Positions 51,810 to 60,457 of a DNA stretch of 64,000 bases are shown one piece after another. Below the pieces are notes generated by a model. The model did no database searches, was not told the DNA's origin, and saw nothing but the letters and a program-made list of their open reading frames with translations. How positions within the stretch are numbered: the first letter of the stretch is position 1; each line of letters begins with the position of its first letter. The stretch comes from an uncultured Desulfosarcina sp. (lineage in GTDB: Bacteria > Desulfobacterota > Desulfobacteria > Desulfobacterales > Desulfosarcinaceae), in NCBI GenBank assembly GCA_963674945.2, contig CAXXWQ010000003.1, positions 1,216,001-1,280,000 of the forward strand. The letters run 5' to 3'. Position numbers and translations under genes: made by a program.

Positions 51810-52751
51810 TCATATTCCACTGAGCGCTTTCCTGAAACGACGCTGCCTCACCTCGGGTATCGGGCCCGGTCCACCCAATAACGGTCGCACGTCGGCGAGT
51901 CGGCTTTGGGGGGAAGGATGGGTTTTGGCAAAATCGATGTGACCGGGTTTGAGCCGTTTGTCCATCTCCTGCAACATCTCCGCCAGTCCGTTCGGATCGT
52001 ATCCCACCCGTTTCGTAATGGTGATGGCCGCCATGTCCGCCTGGTGTTCCAGTTTCCGGGAATAACCGTTATTAATCAGGGTTTTGGTGATATCGGTAAT
52101 GGAATCCTCGAAGGTTTCGGTCAACTCGGCAAGCTCCTTTCCGCCGAAGGTTTTGGTTCCTTCTACCCCCAACGTTGTCAGGGCCGAGGTGATCCGGGAT
52201 GTCTTGATGGCCTGTAGTCCGTGCCGGTACTGCACATGACCGATCTCGTGGGCGAGTACGGCTGCAACGGCATCTTCGGATTTGCAGCACCGCAAGATCC
52301 CCCGGGTAACGAAGATCAAACCGCCGGGAGCGGCAAGGGCATTGATTTCATCGGAATCCTGAATCAAGAAGTGGTACCCGCCGAAGGTCTCGGGAAGGTC
52401 GGAAGCCCGGGACAAACTTTGGCCGATCAAGTTGATGTAAGTAATGGCGCGTTGATTCTTGTACGGCGCGTACTTTTCGAGAATCTGGGCACCGACGGTC
52501 CTGCCGATGTAGTACTCTTGTTCGGGAGTGAAATCTTCGAAGCTGCGGGCAACGGCCTTTCCACTCTTTTCGATGGACTTGGCCTGGTCCTCGGTTAGCA
52601 CCCCGGTGGCGGCTCCCACCTGGGCGCCGATGGTGCTCACCGTCTCGAGGGTTTTGCATCCGGAAAGGAAGGCGGCAACAGGGAAAAGTCCCAGAGACAA
52701 CCCGGTCATACGACCAACGTCGCGAATAAACGTGCGTCGACTGGTGTTCAT
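51810..52751 (-). CDS. M48-family zinc metalloprotease, predicted Tat-exported lipoprotein
   Basis: SRRTFI twin-arginine motif, LSGC lipobox, INALAAPGG, AHEIGH, YSRKLEHQAD, THPSP. Confidence 0.9.
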   Translation of the reverse strand: MNTSRRTFIRDVGRMTGLSLGLFPVAAFLSGCKTLETVSTIGAQVGAATGVLTEDQAKSIEKSGKAVARSFEDFTPEQEYYIGRTVGAQILEKYAPYKNQRAITYINLIGQSLSRASDLPETFGGYHFLIQDSDEINALAAPGGLIFVTRGILRCCKSEDAVAAVLAHEIGHVQYRHGLQAIKTSRITSALTTLGVEGTKTFGGKELAELTETFEDSITDITKTLINNGYSRKLEHQADMAAITITKRVGYDPNGLAEMLQEMDKRLKPGHIDFAKTHPSPQSRLADVRPLLGGPGPIPEVRQRRFRKALSGI

Positions 52752-53176
52752 TGTATGGCACCTCCCGTGGGACTCACCTGACCATCTTTTAAAAACTGTC
52801 TCATCTGACTGTCGGATATGACGATCTTTTCCATCTGGTCGATCATGGCGAAATCCATTTTCGGATTCTTTTGCTTGTATTCGCGCTCCACCTGCTCGTT
52901 GAACCCCTTACCAGCCAGTGCAATCTCATCCCCCGACGCCGTCTGCTGGACATTTGCCGTTCCTGCAGAAAGCTCGATCTTCTTGGTGGTCAATGCCGAA
53001 TCGTGGATCCAGCCCGATGAAGAACCGTCGCCGGGTTGTACTTTCGACCAGCCGTTTCGACTCTCGATCGACGCCACCCGGTCCCCATAGGCCACCTTGG
53101 CAACAATCTTTCCCATGAAGGAGGGGGTGGAACGAAGAACCCCCTCTTTGACCTGTACACTCTTTATTGTCGACAT
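52748..53176 (-). CDS. Bacterial SH3-domain protein
   Basis: LRSTPS...GWSKV...GWIHDSAL; stop overlaps the M48 start (ATGA). Confidence 0.82.
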   Translation of the reverse strand: MSTIKSVQVKEGVLRSTPSFMGKIVAKVAYGDRVASIESRNGWSKVQPGDGSSSGWIHDSALTTKKIELSAGTANVQQTASGDEIALAGKGFNEQVEREYKQKNPKMDFAMIDQMEKIVISDSQMRQFLKDGQVSPTGGAIQ

Positions 53177-53460
53177 GAAAGAACCTCATACAGAATTTTT
53201 GTAAAACCGAATCATACAGTACAATTATACCGAAATTGACCGGTACGCCGTTAGCTGTTAGCGATTGGCAGCATAATTTTATAGAATTACCAATAAATGC
53301 TCAACATGAAAGATCCAACCGCTTACTGTGGGCTATAGTATAAAATGTAAATCAGGTCAAAGCCGGTGGACCAACGATGCGGAAAAACGTCAATTTGGAT
53401 CGGTCTACGATTTCGATGATCCGAATCATCATTGGTGAACCCGCAAAAAGTCGGATTTCG

Positions 53461-53676
53461 GACGGCTTCGTAAAAAGTTCGAGATCAGGGCTTGCGGGCC
53501 GCGATAGCGAGCGTATGCGAGCGAAATATTAATTGACTTTTTTCCTTTCGGCGAACATTTATGTTCAATCCCGAGAATACCGCTATCGCGGCTGCCGAAG
53601 GCAGCGTATGGTTGGATACGTCGCAGTGACGAGGGATGAAGCGTAACGCCGATATCGGACTTTTTACGAAGCCGTC
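53461..53676. mobile_element. MITE/REP-like element (copy 2) with an internal palindromic insert
   Basis: Same terminal repeats as copy 1; extra segment bounded by GCCGCGATAGCG (53498) and CGCTATCGCGGC (53581). Confidence 0.8.
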
Positions 53677-53718
53677 GTTATTGATCCGGCGCACCGTATC
53701 TACTACCAGACATACCAA

Positions 53719-54627
53719 ATGAAGAACAATTCAATGAAAAAAGAGGTACATCCCGCAGCCGGTGCCGTGTGCGCGTTTTTTGCTTTTTTGATCTGGGGCC
53801 TGAGTCCCATCTATTGGCGGGCTCTTCACGGCGTTGGGGCGTTCGAAATCATCCTGCATCGGATTATCTGGTCTTTTTTCTTTTTGATCCCCCTGATTCT
53901 GGCAAAAAGGCAGTGGGCCGCGCTGTATCGGGTGTTTCGATCTCCAAAAATCTTGTCCGTTCTCTTTTCTACCGCCATCCTGGTGGCTTCGAACTGGTTG
54001 GTTTACATCTGGGCGGTCAATAATGAAAGGGTGCTCGAGGCCAGTCTCGGCTACTATATCAATCCGCTGGTCAATATCCTTCTCGGCAGGATCTTTCTTA
54101 ATGAAAGGCTCCGCCATACCCAGGCCCTTGCCGTTCTCCTGGCCGCGATGGGCGTGGTCCTTCTCACCATCGCCTATGGAACTTTCCCTTGGGTATCATT
54201 GGCCCTTGCATTCAGTTTCGGCATATATGGATTAATCCGAAAAGTGGCGGAGGTCGGCGCACTTGTGGGGTTGACCGTGGAGACGCTGCTATTGGCCATC
54301 CCGGCCGGAGTCTGGTTGCTTGTCTTGCACCACCGCAACGAAAGCGCATTTTTACACACCGGAATGGACACGGATCTGTTGCTTGTCGGCACCGGAATTT
54401 TGACGGCGACGCCATTGCTGCTTTTCGCCCTTGGCGCCAAACGTATCACCTTGACCAGTTTGGGCTTCATCCAATATACGGCACCTACCGGTATGTTTTT
54501 ATTGGGCATTACCATCTTCGGCGAATCCTTTACGCCAATCCATGGGGTGACCTTCGGTCTGATTTGGACGGCCCTTGCCATCTATTCCTGGGATATGTTT
54601 CAGAACCAGGTGAAACACACGCAGTAA
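53719..54627 (+). CDS. rarD: EamA/DMT transporter RarD
   Basis: WGLSPIYW, NWLVYIWAVNN, EASLGYYINPL, YGLIRK, GFIQYTAPT. Confidence 0.93.
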   Translation: MKNNSMKKEVHPAAGAVCAFFAFLIWGLSPIYWRALHGVGAFEIILHRIIWSFFFLIPLILAKRQWAALYRVFRSPKILSVLFSTAILVASNWLVYIWAVNNERVLEASLGYYINPLVNILLGRIFLNERLRHTQALAVLLAAMGVVLLTIAYGTFPWVSLALAFSFGIYGLIRKVAEVGALVGLTVETLLLAIPAGVWLLVLHHRNESAFLHTGMDTDLLLVGTGILTATPLLLFALGAKRITLTSLGFIQYTAPTGMFLLGITIFGESFTPIHGVTFGLIWTALAIYSWDMFQNQVKHTQ

Positions 54628-54825
54628 TACAAACGGGTCAAGGATTGCCTTGATCGGCAAAAAACATGTTTTTTCTCCGGCTCACTCCATTCCGCGCAAA
54701 AACCGGGAAAATAATAAAGACAATCGATGATTTTTATAAGAATCCAAATGACTTGACAGGATCAAACACCTTATGATAGCTTTTTCTTTCAATTAAACGA
54801 CGCTGTAAAAAAACGGGGGAAAACG

Positions 54826-55410
54826 ATGAACGATCGCAAGGAATCCGATCTGAATCCGGAAGAGAAGATCGATTTGAATGAAGAAGAGGTTATTGATCTG
54901 ACCAACATCGTAGACGCCGAGGCGGATGAAACGATCATCGAACTCGAGGACGTAATTGAGCCGGCCACACCTGTCACCGACGAATCGGAAGACGAATCCC
55001 AAAACGATGTAATTCCCCTTTTGGATGTCGTTTCCGATGAAGCGGCAGAGGAGCCCGAGCAAGATCCTGGTGAAACCATAATCGACCTGATGGAAGTGGC
55101 CGACGACCTTGCGTCTCAGCCGGTCCCGTCGTTGGAAGAAGAGGTTTCTCCCGAACCGGCGACATCGCCCCCCCCTGCTGTCGAGACAGCAGAGACCTTT
55201 GATGCGACCGGTGAAGATGATACACGGACACCGGTGTCATCCGAGGCGATACCCCTGACGCAGCAGCAGTTGGAGGACGCCTTGACGCGGGTTATCGAAA
55301 AAACATACAAAGAAAAGATCGAAAAGTTGCTCATTCAAACCATCGAAAAGACCGTTTCACAGGAGATCGAAAGAATTAAAAACGCCCTTTTGTCTGACGA
55401 CGCGCCGTAA
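54826..55410 (+). CDS. Acidic, largely disordered protein with PopZ/DUF2497-like C-terminal helices
   Basis: Glu/Asp/Pro-rich; repeated (V/I)I(D/E/P)LxxV motifs; C-terminal LEDAL...IEKTVSQEIERIK; the CDS is well supported, the PopZ relationship is inferred. Confidence 0.7.
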   Translation: MNDRKESDLNPEEKIDLNEEEVIDLTNIVDAEADETIIELEDVIEPATPVTDESEDESQNDVIPLLDVVSDEAAEEPEQDPGETIIDLMEVADDLASQPVPSLEEEVSPEPATSPPPAVETAETFDATGEDDTRTPVSSEAIPLTQQQLEDALTRVIEKTYKEKIEKLLIQTIEKTVSQEIERIKNALLSDDAP

Positions 55411-55602
55411 ACGACCGGGAATCGAAGAAACCGCGGTCCAACAACGGCACCGGGCGGAATCCCGCATAGGAACCAAAATACAAAACGAGTCGCAAACGGG
55501 GATTATTGTTAATCCCCTTTTCCATTTTTGCACCCGGTTCGTATCGAAGAAATCGCAAGAACACTTACGACCGGACCATCTTGCACAAGGAGCAACCCCC
55601 CC

Positions 55603-58254
55603 ATGAGTCGCAACATGCTGGACAAGAGCTATTCACCGGAAGCTGTCGAGAGAAAGTGGTATTCTTTCTGGGAAGCGAAAAAGCTGTTTGCCGCGGAAGA
55701 AAAGACCACAAAACCCTCTTTTTCCATCGTCATTCCACCGCCCAATGTCACCGGTGTACTTCACATGGGGCATGCCCTGAACAACACCATGCAGGATATC
55801 CTGTGCCGCTATCGACGGCTCAAGGGGGACAGCGTCCTGTGGATGCCCGGTACCGACCATGCCGGTATCGCTACCCAAAACGTAGTGGAGCGCAAACTTG
55901 CCGATGAAGGTACGGATCGTCACCAACTGGGAAGAGATCGATTCATCGAGGAAGTCTGGAAGTGGCGGGAAAACTCCGGCAGCGCCATTATCAACCAGCT
56001 CAAACGCCTTGGTGCCTCATGTGACTGGGACAGGGAACGATTCACCATGGACGATGGGCTAAGTCGCGCGGTACGAAAAGTGTTCGTCCAACTCTACGAT
56101 GAGGGTCTCATCTATCAGGGAGACTACATCATCAACTGGTGTTGTCGATGTCATACCGCCTTGTCCGACCTTGAAGTGGAACACGAGGAACGCGACGGCC
56201 ATTTTTACCATATCCGGTATCCTTTTGTCGACGGTTCCGGATCGGTCACAGTGGCCACCACCCGGCCGGAGACCATGCTGGGAGACACGGCTGTGGCCAT
56301 TCATCCCGACGATGAACGATATGCCGATCTGTCGGCTTCCGAAGTAATCCTGCCGTTGATGGAACGAAAAATCCCCATCATCGAAGATACGTATGTGGAC
56401 CTGTCAACGGGGACCGGTGCCCTGAAGGTAACACCGGCCCACGATCCCAACGACTTCGAGATCGGCAATCGTCACGACCTGCCGAGTGTCAAGGTGATCG
56501 CCGACGACGGAACCATGACGGAATCTGCGGGCCGATTCGCCGGCATGGATCGGTTTGCCTGTAGAAAGGCCGTAGTCGAAGCCCTGAAAAATCAGGGACT
56601 GTTGGAGCGCGTAGAGGACCACCGCCACAGCGTTGGACACTGCTACCGCTGCAAAACCGTTGTGGAACCGAACTTGTCCCGACAGTGGTTTGTCAGGACC
56701 AAGCCCCTTGCCCAAAAGGCAATTGAAGCGGTGGATACGGGCAAGACCCGCATCATCCCCGAATCCTGGACCAAGACCTATTACGAGTGGATGTACAACA
56801 TCCGTGACTGGTGCATCTCCCGCCAAATCTGGTGGGGCCATCAGATCCCTGCCTGGACCTGCCAGGGGTGCCGCAAGATGATCGTGGCCATGGATGCGCC
56901 CGACATCTGTCCCGACTGCGGTTCCACCGACCTGGTCCAGGAGACCGATGTTCTGGATACCTGGTTCAGTTCGGCCCTGTGGCCCTTTTCCACCATGGGA
57001 TGGCCGGATCGGGCCCAGTTGCTCAAGACCTATTATCCCACGTCGGTGCTGGTCACCGGCTTCGACATCCTCTTCTTCTGGGTGGCCCGGATGATGATGA
57101 TGGGAATCCATTTCATGGGAGAAGTTCCTTTCTCCGATGTTTACGTGCATGCCCTCGTGAGAGACGAAGAGGGAAAGAAGATGAGTAAATCCAAGGGAAA
57201 TGTCATCGACCCCTTGAACGTCATCGACTCCTATGGCACCGACGCATTCCGCTTCACCCTGGCTGCCTTTGCCGCCCAGGGACGCGACGTGAAGATGAGT
57301 GAAAAACGGGTGGAAGGATACCGTCATTTCATCAACAAGCTGTGGAATGCCGCCCGATTCGCCCTCATGCACCTGGATGAAGGATTCGATGCCATTGACA
57401 CGAACCACATCTGCTTGCAGGACAGGTGGATCCTTTCCCGCCTCAACCGGGTGGCGCGGAACACCGAAACGGCCCTTGACGACTATAAATTCAACGAGGC
57501 TGCCAGCGCCGTCTATCAATTCGTATGGCATGAACTGTGTGACTGGTACCTGGAAACCATCAAACCCACTTTGTACGACGAGGCGAAAGGCCCGGAGAAG
57601 AACGCCACCTTGTCGGTACTGTGGCACGTCTTCAAGGACGCCCTGATCCTTTTGCACCCCTTTGCCCCCTTCGTCACCGAAGAAATCTGGCACAGCCTGC
57701 CCGGCACCGAAGGATCCATCATGAAGGCCACCTGGCCCGAACAGACCCTGCCCGGCGATGACCAGGAGGCCGAAGAGCAGATGAAAACGGTGATGGCTGT
57801 GATTACCGGCGTTCGCAACGTTCGCGGGGAGATGAATATCCCGCCGACCACGGCCCTCAACGCAATCGTCAGCCCCGAAGATCCAAGGATCGGCACGATT
57901 GTTACGGAAAACCATGAACTGATCGAGAAGCTGGCCCGTTTGAACGGCCTCGTTATCGATGCCTCAGTGGTCCAGCCCAAGGCTGCGGCTACGGTCCTCA
58001 TCGACGGCGCCACCGTGTTTGTGCTTCTCGAAGGCATCATCGATTTCACCCAGGAGCAGGCGCGTCTCACAAAGGAAATCGGCAAATTGACCAAGGAGAT
58101 TGCCAGCCTGAACAAGAAACTGGGCAATAAGAATTTCCTGGCCAAGGCGCCGGCCGAAGTGGTGGCGGGTGTTCGTGAAAAACACGCCGCTCTTTTGGAA
58201 AAACAGCAGGCACTGGAGGAGACGCTGGCCAGAATCGAAGCCATGCTCGAATAA
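55603..58254 (+). CDS. valS: Valine--tRNA ligase
   Basis: [42 protein letters not shown]-terminal coiled coil. Confidence 0.98.
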   Translation: MSRNMLDKSYSPEAVERKWYSFWEAKKLFAAEEKTTKPSFSIVIPPPNVTGVLHMGHALNNTMQDILCRYRRLKGDSVLWMPGTDHAGIATQNVVERKLADEGTDRHQLGRDRFIEEVWKWRENSGSAIINQLKRLGASCDWDRERFTMDDGLSRAVRKVFVQLYDEGLIYQGDYIINWCCRCHTALSDLEVEHEERDGHFYHIRYPFVDGSGSVTVATTRPETMLGDTAVAIHPDDERYADLSASEVILPLMERKIPIIEDTYVDLSTGTGALKVTPAHDPNDFEIGNRHDLPSVKVIADDGTMTESAGRFAGMDRFACRKAVVEALKNQGLLERVEDHRHSVGHCYRCKTVVEPNLSRQWFVRTKPLAQKAIEAVDTGKTRIIPESWTKTYYEWMYNIRDWCISRQIWWGHQIPAWTCQGCRKMIVAMDAPDICPDCGSTDLVQETDVLDTWFSSALWPFSTMGWPDRAQLLKTYYPTSVLVTGFDILFFWVARMMMMGIHFMGEVPFSDVYVHALVRDEEGKKMSKSKGNVIDPLNVIDSYGTDAFRFTLAAFAAQGRDVKMSEKRVEGYRHFINKLWNAARFALMHLDEGFDAIDTNHICLQDRWILSRLNRVARNTETALDDYKFNEAASAVYQFVWHELCDWYLETIKPTLYDEAKGPEKNATLSVLWHVFKDALILLHPFAPFVTEEIWHSLPGTEGSIMKATWPEQTLPGDDQEAEEQMKTVMAVITGVRNVRGEMNIPPTTALNAIVSPEDPRIGTIVTENHELIEKLARLNGLVIDASVVQPKAAATVLIDGATVFVLLEGIIDFTQEQARLTKEIGKLTKEIASLNKKLGNKNFLAKAPAEVVAGVREKHAALLEKQQALEETLARIEAMLE

Positions 58255-58325
58255 ATCACCGACCATTCGCATAGCGGGCGGTTTGATGAGGCCCCCTCAA
58301 ATTGGGATAAAATCCAGACCAATAA

Positions 58326-58372
58326 GCGTCGAACATCGAACGCCCAACTTGGAACTTCGAATAAGGTATTCT
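58326..58372 (+). repeat. Heptamer-repeat intergenic element
   Basis: GCGTCGAACATCGAACGCCCAACTTGGAACTTCGAATAAGGTATTC, same family as 38308 and 60261. Confidence 0.8.
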
Positions 58373-58431
58373 ATCGTTTTTTATTTAATTAACTGCAATC
58401 ATTTGTACCTTTTACCTTTGGACACAAAAAA

Positions 58432-59262
58432 ATGCACACCACAGAAGAACTCATCGCACTGGCCCTGAAAGAAGATATCGGCCCCGGTGATATCACCACG
58501 GACAATATCGTGAATCCTACGTCTCCCGGAACGGGTGTCATCACGGCAAAAGAGGAACTGGTGCTCGCCGGCATAAACGTAGCCGCGAAGGTCTTCGCCG
58601 CATTAGAACCGGAAATGACCGTTGACCCCAATTATGAAGACGGCGATCACGTGCCAGCCGGCAGCGTGGTGGTCAATATCACCGGCACACTGGCCAATCT
58701 TCTCAAGAGTGAGCGTACCGCCTTGAATTTTCTCCAGCGATTGTCAGGTATCGCCACCCAAACCAGGGCCTACGTTACCGCGGTGGCCGGCACATCGGTC
58801 AAACTGGTGGACACCCGAAAGACCATCCCTGGCTGGCGGACCCTCGAGAAATATGCAGTACGCATGGGCGGTGCCCATAACCATCGCATGGGGCTGTACG
58901 ACGGCGTATTGATCAAGGACAATCACATTGCCGCGGCAGGCGGAATCACCGAGGCGGTGGAACGGGTTCGCCGAACCATCTCTCATCTGGTCAAGGTGGA
59001 GGTGGAGACCACCACACTTGAAGAAGTAAAGGAAGCACTTGCCGCCGGTGCAGACACGATCATGCTGGACAATATGGACACGATCCAGATTCGCAAGGCA
59101 GTCGCACTGATCGACCATCGTGCACTCGTGGAGATCTCCGGCGGCGTTACCAAAAGCCGCCTTGCAGAACTGGCCCGAACCGGTGTCGATATCATCTCCA
59201 TCGGTGCCCTTACCCATTCGGCCGTAGCCGTGGACCTTTCCATGAGAATCGAAGCGACATGA
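58432..59262 (+). CDS. nadC: Nicotinate-nucleotide pyrophosphorylase (carboxylating)
   Basis: EDIGPGDITT, ERTALN, DTRKTIPG, NHRMGLYD, IKDNH, IMLDN, SIGALTHS. Confidence 0.97.
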   Translation: MHTTEELIALALKEDIGPGDITTDNIVNPTSPGTGVITAKEELVLAGINVAAKVFAALEPEMTVDPNYEDGDHVPAGSVVVNITGTLANLLKSERTALNFLQRLSGIATQTRAYVTAVAGTSVKLVDTRKTIPGWRTLEKYAVRMGGAHNHRMGLYDGVLIKDNHIAAAGGITEAVERVRRTISHLVKVEVETTTLEEVKEALAAGADTIMLDNMDTIQIRKAVALIDHRALVEISGGVTKSRLAELARTGVDIISIGALTHSAVAVDLSMRIEAT

Positions 59263-60236
59263 TTTTTCCGATTCGGGACATCACACCGTCCAAGACCTTC
59301 CCCGTGGTCAACAACAGCCTCATCGGCATCAATGTGGTTTTATTTTTGATACAGCTTTCCCAAGGACCGGGACAGGACCATTTTATCTACCTCTACGGCC
59401 TTGTTCCGGCCAAATTCACGATCCCCCAGGTATCGGCCTATTTCTCTACATGGCAGCAGATCCTCTGTCTCTTCACATTCATGTTCCTCCACGGCGGTTT
59501 CATGCACCTGATCGGCAACATGTGGTTCTTGTATATCTTCGGTGACAACGTGGAAGACCGGTTGGGATCGTTGCGATACCTCTTGTTTTATCTATTGTGC
59601 GGCATGGCGTCGGGCCTTGTCCACCTTCTCTTCAATGCCCACTCCAACGTGCCCACCATCGGGGCCAGTGGCGCCATCGCCGGAGTGATGGGCGCCTATT
59701 TTATCCTATATCCCGGATCACGCATTCTCACCATGATCCTCATCATCTTCATCCCCTGGTTTGTGGAGATCCCCGCCTTCTTCTTGATCGGAATCTGGTT
59801 CGTTTTTCAGTTCCTGAACGCAGCGGGAAGCGCGGGACAGGCAGGGGGGGTCGCATGGTGGGCCCACATCGGCGGATTCGTTTTCGGCGTGCTATTCCTC
59901 AAACTCTTCGACCGCCTCCCCTCTTTCGGCGTCTCCGACCGTCTGCGTCAGACCACCGAAAAAAAACGATCCCACCGCTTCCAGGTCGTCAAGACGGGCC
60001 GCGGCGAAACGGAAGGGGATCTTTTCGGTACCCTCACCATCACCCAGTACGAGGCCCTGGTGGGTGCCAAAAAACTGGTTACCGTTCCATGGGGATTACA
60101 AAAACGCCTGTACAACGTGATCATCCCCCAAGGCATCACCGACGGCCAGGTTCTGCGGTTAAGGGGAATCGGCAAGCCCAGGGCCGATGGCAACCGCGGC
60201 GACATGATGCTCAAGATTAAAATCCAGCACGTATGA
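59259..60236 (+). CDS. Rhomboid intramembrane serine protease with C-terminal DnaJ-C-like domain
   Basis: MFLHGG..HLIGNM, GASGAIAG, AHIGGF; tail LTITQYEALVG...IPQGITDGQVLRLRGIG...GDMMLKI. Confidence 0.9.
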   Translation: MIFPIRDITPSKTFPVVNNSLIGINVVLFLIQLSQGPGQDHFIYLYGLVPAKFTIPQVSAYFSTWQQILCLFTFMFLHGGFMHLIGNMWFLYIFGDNVEDRLGSLRYLLFYLLCGMASGLVHLLFNAHSNVPTIGASGAIAGVMGAYFILYPGSRILTMILIIFIPWFVEIPAFFLIGIWFVFQFLNAAGSAGQAGGVAWWAHIGGFVFGVLFLKLFDRLPSFGVSDRLRQTTEKKRSHRFQVVKTGRGETEGDLFGTLTITQYEALVGAKKLVTVPWGLQKRLYNVIIPQGITDGQVLRLRGIGKPRADGNRGDMMLKIKIQHV

Positions 60237-60260
60237 CAAAGGGGCTTGGAACCGGATTAA

Positions 60261-60309
60261 TGAACGTCGAACATCGAACTTCCAACATCGAACGTTGAAT
60301 AAGGAATTC
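60261..60309 (+). repeat. Heptamer-repeat intergenic element
   Basis: TGAACGTCGAACATCGAACTTCCAACATCGAACGTTGAATAAGGAATTC. Confidence 0.8.
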
Positions 60310-60457
60310 GTTCATTTTTCCAATTAAAAAGGACTTTTTGACTAAAAGCGTTTCCCTCGTTTCCTTCTACCTGCAAAAAATAATATCGAGTTTCTTGCAT
60401 GGGATTGTTTGGCCATATTTGGCCTGGAAAAGCTTTTTGCGAAGCCGTTAACTTGTG

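Noticed and set aside
56404..57915. 503-aa ORF antisense to valS
   Set aside because: Shadow of a conserved essential gene
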